Assembly: GCA_944371315.1 (NCBI GenBank)
Contig: CALVXN010000005.1
Span: 1 to 44,672, forward strand
Reading direction: 5' to 3'
Length of the DNA: 44,672 nucleotides
From: an uncultured Bacilli bacterium
GTDB lineage: Bacteria > Bacillota_I > Bacilli_A > RF39 > UBA660
Shown here: in pieces, positions 38,405 through 44,672 of the stretch
Numbering within the stretch: the first letter of the stretch is position 1
Layout of the letters: the number at the start of each line of letters is the position of its first letter
The notes under the pieces: generated by a model
Seen by the model: only the letters and a program-made list of their open reading frames with translations
Told to the model about the DNA's origin: nothing
Database searches by the model: none
Position numbers and translations under genes: made by a program

Positions 38405-39982
38405 TTATAGCACATTGCTATATATTTTAGCAATCTCCTCAGCTACTTTTATACCATCCATAGCTGAAGTAGTTATACCTCCAGCATAACCAGATCCTTC
38501 ACCACACGGATATATTCCACTTATATTTGATTGTAAATTTTCATTTCTTATTAATCTTATTGGTGATGATGTTCTTGTTTCTGGTGCAACAATTAATGCA
38601 TCATCACTTGCAAATCCTTTAATCTTTTTATCAAAATTTTCTATTCCTTCAATTAAAGATTTGCAAATGTATTCTGGCAGTATTTCGTTTATATTACTAA
38701 ATGTCCAATTGCCTTTGATAACTGGATTAATGTTTCCTATTTTTTCACTAACAATATTGTTTTTAAAATCTATATATTTTTGAAGAGGTAATGTTCCATT
38801 AGTAACTTTATACGCTTTTTCTTCAATATGTTCCATATATTTTAAACCATCTAATGGCTTAACCCCAAAATCATTTTGATTTACTGTAACAATAATTGCA
38901 CTATTAGCATTTTCTTCATCTCTTTTATAATTACTCATACCGTTAGTTACAATACCATTTTTTCTAGATGATGCATTAACAACAAAGCCACCAGGACACA
39001 TACAAAATGAATATACACCTCTATTACTTGATGTATTATATGTTAACTTATATGAAGCTTTTTTTAACTTTTCATTAACCATGTTATATTGTGCTTCATC
39101 AATTAGTTTTTGAGGATGCATAATTCTTATGCCAATAGCAAAAGGTTTTGATTCCATATCTATGTTCTTTTTATATAGTAATTCAAAAGTATCTCTAGCA
39201 CTATGACCGATTGCTAATATTAAAGCATCACACTTAATTTTTTTATTATGGACAACTATTTCTTCAATTTTATTATTTTTTATAATTATATCATTTAGTT
39301 TACTATTGTAATTTATTTTTCCTCCCATACTTATGATTTTATTTCTCATATTTATTATTACTTTTCTTAAATTATCAGTTCCAATATGAGGTTTATTTTC
39401 ATAAAATATTTCTTTTAAAGCTCCACATTCAACAAAAATTTCAAATACTTTTTTCATTCTATAGTATTTATCTTTAACTAAGGTATTTAATTTTCCATCT
39501 GAAAAAGTTCCTGCTCCCCCTTCTCCAAATTGAACATTGGATTCTTCATTTAATATTCCTTTATTCCAAAAATCATTAACTGTATTTATTCTATCTTCTA
39601 TTTTTTCACCACGCTCATATATAACAGGTTTATATCCATTTTCTGCTAGCACATAAGCACAAAATAAACCTGCTGGGCCAGCTCCAATAATGGATATTTC
39701 ATTATTGATTTTTTTATCTCCTTTAACTTGAAATTTATATTCTTCTATTGGGCTTTTAAAAATATCTTGATTTTTATTATTTAATAAATACTTTTCTTCA
39801 TTATTTATTAATACATCAAATTCATAAACGAAACTTAATTTATGATTTTTTCTAGCATCTACCGATTTCTTTTTAATTTCATATTTTATAATTTCTTTTT
39901 CTTTTATATTAAGTTTTTTAGCTATTGTTTTTTTTAAATTATCATCATCAATATTTACTTTTACTTGTCGCACTCTTATCAT
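38405..39982 (-). CDS. FAD-dependent oxidoreductase (uncharacterised family)
   Basis: GAGPAG, FGEGGAGTFSDGKL, PHIGTD, FCMCPGG, GEG.GYAGGI; start revised to MIRVRQ after SD GGGAG. Confidence 0.85.
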   Translation of the reverse strand: MIRVRQVKVNIDDDNLKKTIAKKLNIKEKEIIKYEIKKKSVDARKNHKLSFVYEFDVLINNEEKYLLNNKNQDIFKSPIEEYKFQVKGDKKINNEISIIGAGPAGLFCAYVLAENGYKPVIYERGEKIEDRINTVNDFWNKGILNEESNVQFGEGGAGTFSDGKLNTLVKDKYYRMKKVFEIFVECGALKEIFYENKPHIGTDNLRKVIINMRNKIISMGGKINYNSKLNDIIIKNNKIEEIVVHNKKIKCDALILAIGHSARDTFELLYKKNIDMESKPFAIGIRIMHPQKLIDEAQYNMVNEKLKKASYKLTYNTSSNRGVYSFCMCPGGFVVNASSRKNGIVTNGMSNYKRDEENANSAIIVTVNQNDFGVKPLDGLKYMEHIEEKAYKVTNGTLPLQKYIDFKNNIVSEKIGNINPVIKGNWTFSNINEILPEYICKSLIEGIENFDKKIKGFASDDALIVAPETRTSSPIRLIRNENLQSNISGIYPCGEGSGYAGGITTSAMDGIKVAEEIAKIYSNVL

Positions 39983-41177
39983 ATATACTTCTCCCAACTA
40001 ATAAGCCACTTAAAAATGCAAAACTTAAATTATATCCTCCACAATCCCCATCAACATCTAAAACCTCTCCGCAAAAGTATAAATTAGATACTTTTTTGGT
40101 TTCTAATGTTTCATAATTTATTTCATCTAAACTAATACCTCCGCTACAAACTTGAGCGTTGTCAAACCCTTTTGTATCTATAACATCGACTTCTAAATTG
40201 TGTATATTATTTATAAAAGTCATCTTTTCTATATTTGTTAATTCACACCATTTCTTATTATTATCTATTTTTGATTTACTAGCTAAAATATTAGTTAATT
40301 TATAGTTTAAAAACCCATCACAAAGATTGGATATATTTTTTTTATTTAGTTTTATGTCTAATAGATTTAAGTATTTTAAGAATTCTTCATTATTACCATT
40401 AAACCATGGAATAAAATTTATTTTTACCTTTTGCTTCTTTTTATTAGCTAAATTTATTGCTATATTTCTACTTATATTAAAAACACATATCCCACTAATT
40501 CCATAATCTGTAAACTGAATTTCTCCTTCTTCTTCTTTTTCATTTATATTAATTTTAACTAACGCTCTTATTCCAGCCCATTTTTTTTCTAATCCCGTAT
40601 CAGTTACTAATTGAACTAGCGATGGAGTTACAGTATTGACATTTATATTAAAGTTTTTAGCAATATTATATCCATAACCATCACTACCTGTTTTTTTATA
40701 TGATTTTGATCCTGTTGCAATTACAACAACATCAAATTCTTCACATAAATTATCATAATAAACTTTGAAATTTTTGTCTTTTATTATATCTTTTATTGCA
40801 GTATTAGTTTTAAAAATTACTCCTTTATTCATAGCTTCTTCAACTAATATTGTTTTTATACTTGCAGATTGATTAGAAAATGGATAATAATATCCATTTT
40901 TTATATTTGGAATTATACCTAAACTATCTAAAAATACTTTTGTCCTTCTAAGATTGTTTGTAGTTATAATTCTTTTTAATGCATCATTATTTGTTGAATG
41001 ATATTTTGATATATCTTGAAATTCATTCCAATAGTTGCATTTTCCATTTCCTGTAAGCAAAAGTTTTTTTCCAAAATCTTGGTTTTTGTCAAATAAATAA
41101 ACTTCATTAAAATTATTTTTGGCATTTATACTTGCAACTAAACCTGATGGGCCTCCACCAATTACAGCTATCTTCAT
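39948..41177 (-). CDS. HI0933/YhiN/BaiN-family flavoprotein
   Basis: GGGPSG, GKKLL.TGNGKCN, FT..G.SG, GE.LDVDG.CGGYN. Confidence 0.9.
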   Translation of the reverse strand: MKIAVIGGGPSGLVASINAKNNFNEVYLFDKNQDFGKKLLLTGNGKCNYWNEFQDISKYHSTNNDALKRIITTNNLRRTKVFLDSLGIIPNIKNGYYYPFSNQSASIKTILVEEAMNKGVIFKTNTAIKDIIKDKNFKVYYDNLCEEFDVVVIATGSKSYKKTGSDGYGYNIAKNFNINVNTVTPSLVQLVTDTGLEKKWAGIRALVKININEKEEEGEIQFTDYGISGICVFNISRNIAINLANKKKQKVKINFIPWFNGNNEEFLKYLNLLDIKLNKKNISNLCDGFLNYKLTNILASKSKIDNNKKWCELTNIEKMTFINNIHNLEVDVIDTKGFDNAQVCSGGISLDEINYETLETKKVSNLYFCGEVLDVDGDCGGYNLSFAFLSGLLVGRSIYDKSATSKSKY

Positions 41178-42040
41178 ATATTATCTTTCACATCCATTTT
41201 TAATTTTTCCCGTATCATTTTAATAGCATCAGGAATAAATTTTATTGTATCTGATGCAATCATGGCAATGTCTGTATTTTTATTTTGAGCAAGTTCTCCA
41301 GCTAAACCATTAAGATATGCCCCAGCTGCAACAGTTAATAAATTATAATTATTATATCCTAGCATTCCTACTAAAATTCCTGATAAAACATCTCCTGAAC
41401 CTGCAGTAGCCATTCCTGCACACCCTTTATTAACTTTGTAAAAATTATTTTTATCTGCTATTATTGTCCTTTCTCCTTTTAATAACAAAATAACATTATA
41501 TTCATTAGTAAATTTTTGGACATAAAACTCTTTATTTTTTAAAATTTCTTCAATATCTATTTTAATTAATCTTGAAAATTCTTTAATATGGGGAGTTAAT
41601 ACAATTTTTGCTTTTGAATCTTTTAACCAGTTTAAATTATTTGCTAATATATTTAATCCATCAGCATCAATTACTAATTTACCTTTGTAATTTTTCAAAA
41701 TGAACTTTAAAATTTCTTCATTTTCTTTTGTCTGCTGCCATCCCATTCCAATTGCTAAGGCATCTAAATTTTTAATACTTTCTTCTAAATTATTATCGAG
41801 TATAAATATGGTTTCTTCTAAAATATTTGGAATAACATATTTTGCTATGTCTTTTTTTATTATTAATCTAACTATCCCTGCACCACTTCGCATTGCACTT
41901 ATTCCATAATATGCTAATTTTATTGAGCCTGTATAGTTAATTGATCCTCCTAAAATACCTACTTTACCGAAATCTCCCTTATTACAATCACTTTTTCTTT
42001 CTTTAAAATAGTTTTTAATATCACTTACTTCTAAATTCAT
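41174..42040 (-). CDS. nnrD: NAD(P)H-hydrate dehydratase
   Basis: KG.FG, GGS..Y.G, DADGL, LTPH..EF.RL, MATAGSGDVL.G. Confidence 0.9.
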   Translation of the reverse strand: MNLEVSDIKNYFKERKSDCNKGDFGKVGILGGSINYTGSIKLAYYGISAMRSGAGIVRLIIKKDIAKYVIPNILEETIFILDNNLEESIKNLDALAIGMGWQQTKENEEILKFILKNYKGKLVIDADGLNILANNLNWLKDSKAKIVLTPHIKEFSRLIKIDIEEILKNKEFYVQKFTNEYNVILLLKGERTIIADKNNFYKVNKGCAGMATAGSGDVLSGILVGMLGYNNYNLLTVAAGAYLNGLAGELAQNKNTDIAMIASDTIKFIPDAIKMIREKLKMDVKDNI

Positions 42041-42105
42041 ATTTGCCCTTCTTTTATTTTAGTATAGCATAATTTACTAAAAAAGAAAAAACTGATTTAT
42101 TCAGT

Positions 42106-43731
42106 GATGTAGTAAACTAGATGTGGGAAAATAAATTATTAAATAAAAAAGAGAAAACACTCAAAAATTAAAAACTGTTATATAATAAATTTGTAAACAA
42201 AATATATACAGACCTTTTGCAAAAGCTCTAAGCTTAAAAGGTTTTAAGGAGTTGTTTTCTCAATGAATATCATATCATTATTTAACAGTTTTGTTAACCA
42301 CCTAAATAGCATTTTAAATAATAATTTGTTCCTGCATGAATTGGAACATAATATTTCTAATTCAACTAATACTCTTAATTTAGATATTTTAAGAAACATA
42401 CTTGAATATTTAGATTTAGAATATAAAAATTCTAAAGAAAGGAAAAAAAAGTATTATGTGCAACAAACACGAGAAAGAACTTTAATTACTTCTCTTGGAC
42501 TAATAACCTTTAATAAAACCTATTATAAGTCAAAAAACAAAATAAATGGCAAATATGTTTATTATAGTTATTTGGAAGATTGTTTAGGAATTGATAAATG
42601 GGCTAAAATGTCTTTATCTTGTGAAGTTAATTTAATTAATAATGCATTAGATAATGGCATGACTTGGGCTAGTGTTAATACTATTCCTAATTATTCCATT
42701 TCTAGGCAGACTATTTCTACTAAAATAAAAAATATTAACTTTAACTATTTTGAAAATATTGTTAAAAAAGAAACTCCCAAAATTTTATATATTGAAGCCG
42801 ATGAAGTTCATGCCAATCTTCAATCTAGAAATAAAGGCACTAAAAACAAAATTGTTCCTGTTATTTTAACTCACGAAGGCCATAAAGAAGATTTTGTTAA
42901 AAAGAAAGAACTTAAAAATACTCACTATATTGCTTCTTCCATTCTTAAAACAGACAAACTTTGGGAAGAAACTTATAAATATTTAGATACTGTATATGAC
43001 TTAAATAAAGTTGATAAAATTTTTCTTTCTAGTGATGGTGGCTCATGGATTACTGGATATGATATTGCCTTTCCTAATATTATTTTTGTTCTTGATAAAT
43101 TTCATTATAAAAAAGCTTTAAACTATATTTTTAAAAAAGAACCAAATATTACTAATATTGCTGATAACTATTTAAGAAGTAAGATGATTAATGAATTTAA
43201 GATTTTAGTAAAAACTCAATATAAACTTTATCCTGATCAAAAAAATGAAATGATTAAAAAACAAAATTACTTAATTAATCATATTGATGGAATTATTAAT
43301 CAAAATCATCCCGATTATAAATGTCCTTGTTCCATGGAAGGTCATATTTCTAACAAATATGCTAAATTTATTACATCTAGACCACATTCTTATTCAAAAG
43401 ATGGGCTTGAAAATATTACTCAATTATTAACTATGAAAGCTAATAAAATTAGATTAACCGAAGAAATTTATTATAAATTTAAAACTGGTGAATCCACTTA
43501 CAAAAAATTAAATTTAGAAAAATTTATTAGTAATTTTAGAAATCAAGCAAACAAAATTACCGATAACAATTTAAAATATTATAAACAATATCAAATAGAT
43601 AATAATAATTTTAGTGATAAAGATAATTATAGATTAGACTATTTTTTATCTAAAAGATTATAAAAAAATACAAATTAATTGTATAACTTGTATTTTCTCT
43701 AAAATTTTTCCAACATTTACTTTACTTCATC
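42106..43731 (+). mobile_element. Complete ISLre2-family insertion sequence (1626 bp)
   Basis: 26-bp terminal IRs GATGTAGTAAACTAGATGTGGGAAAA / GATGAAGTAAAGTAAATGTTGGAAAA (22/26 match); 9-bp direct repeats TTATTCAGT at 42097-42105 and 43732-43740. Confidence 0.92.
42263..43663 (+). CDS. ISLre2-family (UPF0236) DDE transposase
   Basis: R.LIT..G...F.K.YY, LYIEADE, SDGG.WI, LDKFH, SMEG motifs. Confidence 0.88.
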   Translation: MNIISLFNSFVNHLNSILNNNLFLHELEHNISNSTNTLNLDILRNILEYLDLEYKNSKERKKKYYVQQTRERTLITSLGLITFNKTYYKSKNKINGKYVYYSYLEDCLGIDKWAKMSLSCEVNLINNALDNGMTWASVNTIPNYSISRQTISTKIKNINFNYFENIVKKETPKILYIEADEVHANLQSRNKGTKNKIVPVILTHEGHKEDFVKKKELKNTHYIASSILKTDKLWEETYKYLDTVYDLNKVDKIFLSSDGGSWITGYDIAFPNIIFVLDKFHYKKALNYIFKKEPNITNIADNYLRSKMINEFKILVKTQYKLYPDQKNEMIKKQNYLINHIDGIINQNHPDYKCPCSMEGHISNKYAKFITSRPHSYSKDGLENITQLLTMKANKIRLTEEIYYKFKTGESTYKKLNLEKFISNFRNQANKITDNNLKYYKQYQIDNNNFSDKDNYRLDYFLSKRL

Positions 43732-43740
43732 TTATTCAGT

Positions 43741-44598
43741 TTATTCAATTGTTTCCATTTTAAGAAAATTTGTTAGTCTTTCATTACTTGCGTTTGGAAC
43801 ACCACCAGTTATAATAAGTCTGTCGTCTTTTTTTAAATTAAAATATTCTTTTGTCTTTTCCATTACTAAATTTACTAATTCATCTGTATCATCCATTAAT
43901 GGAACTATTGTAGTGTAAACACCATAATTTAATGCAAGCATTCTAGCTGATTTTTCGGTTGTGCAATTAGCAAGTATTGGAGCATTTGGACGATAATTAC
44001 TTATCATTCTTGCACTATAGCCACTAATTGATTCTACTGCTATAGCCTTTACAGAAACATAGTTTGTTATATCTACTACGGCTTTAGCAATGCATTCAGT
44101 TCTACCTACTTTTCCTAAATAAGTAAAATGTTTTGCACTATATTCTTCCGTATCATTAGCAATACTTGCCATGTAACTAACTGCTTCAATTGGATATTTT
44201 CCTGTTGTTGTTTCTCCACTTAACATTATGGCATCTGTTCCATCTAATACTGCATTTGCTACATCTGTTACTTCTGCTCTAGTTGGTCTTGAATTTTTTT
44301 TCATACTTTCAAGCATTTCTGTTGCTACTATACAAATTTTTCCATTTTCTCTAGCTTTTTGAATAATTTGTTTTTGATAAACTGGTAATAATGATATTGG
44401 AACTTCTTCTCCTAAATCTCCACGAGCTACCATTACTCCATCACTAACACTTAATATTTCATCTAAATTATTAATTCCAGTCATACTTTCAATTTTAGAA
44501 ATTATTTTAATATTTGCTTTTTCACTATCAATTATTTTACGTGCTTCTAAAACATCTTCTTTTGAAGAAACAAATGAAAGTGCTAAAAAATCTCCATT
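43741..44598 (-). pseudogene. pyk: Pyruvate kinase, 3' part; interrupted at about 44598 by foreign sequence
   Basis: The frame reads NGDFLALSFV...IISKIES upstream of the listed ATG, then MVARGDLG, ATEMLESM, PTRAE, MLSGET. A few codons upstream of NGD there is an in-frame TGA in non-pyk sequence. Confidence 0.85.
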
Positions 44599-44672
44599 GT
44601 AGGTTTGTCAAACATAAGTGACACAGTCACGACAAACCAACTATAGATTATTTTAACTTGTTAAAATAATCA
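44598..44672. mobile_element. End of a probable IS element inserted in pyk (partial, family not assigned)
   Basis: Abrupt loss of pyk homology; sequence starts TGTAGGTTTGTCAAACATAAGTGACAC and contains nested inverted repeats. Confidence 0.5.

Noticed and set aside
2550-41909. Numerous short antisense ORFs in the track (e.g. 2550-2966, 4907-5146, 6804-7040, 22892-23251, 23905-24225, 33089-33340, 41700-41909)
   Set aside because: Shadow frames of well-supported genes, with F/L/I/S-rich composition typical of the reverse complement of AT-rich coding DNA.
44598-44672. Group II intron 3' end in pyk (sense strand ends ...CCTACAAT)
   Set aside because: No recognisable domain V consensus in the available upstream bases, so an IS end is more likely. 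The window edge limits certainty.
1-44672. CRISPR array, rRNA, tRNA, or a reverse transcriptase gene
   Set aside because: No regularly spaced repeats, no structural RNA gene recognised, and no ORF with RT (YxDD-type) motifs in context.

Overview
Very AT-rich chromosomal window from a Bacillota (Firmicutes) bacterium using genetic code 11. The gene content is consistent with an RF39-like Bacilli lineage, but that taxonomy is an inference. Most of the window is housekeeping genes (mutS, queA, tmk, thyX-like, glyA, folD, ruvB, proS, xseAB, nusB, nnrD, pyk) mixed with sporulation genes (ylbL, ylbJ, spoVID, ysxE-like, spoIVB). The most striking signal is at 12.88-13.10 kb. The 3' end of a secreted 536-aa protein is an abrupt ~46% GC island with 45 consecutive codons lacking A at the third position, ends in a CLec-like ...SVRP motif, and is followed by a GC-rich hairpin. 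This looks like the variable region of a diversity-generating retroelement (DGR). No reverse transcriptase or template repeat lies in the window, so it would be a remote target. It sits directly upstream of three type IV pilin-like genes, one of which carries a non-diversified paralogue of the same domain. Other accessory features: a tandem array of three Rpn/PD-(D/E)XK genes with a conserved internal SD+ATG, a triplet of minimal kinases (one with a Trp-to-TAG stop), an orphan HipA-like kinase, a complete ISLre2 element inserted into the pyk terminator, a second insertion cutting pyk at the window edge, and an unannotated 34-aa basic ORF.
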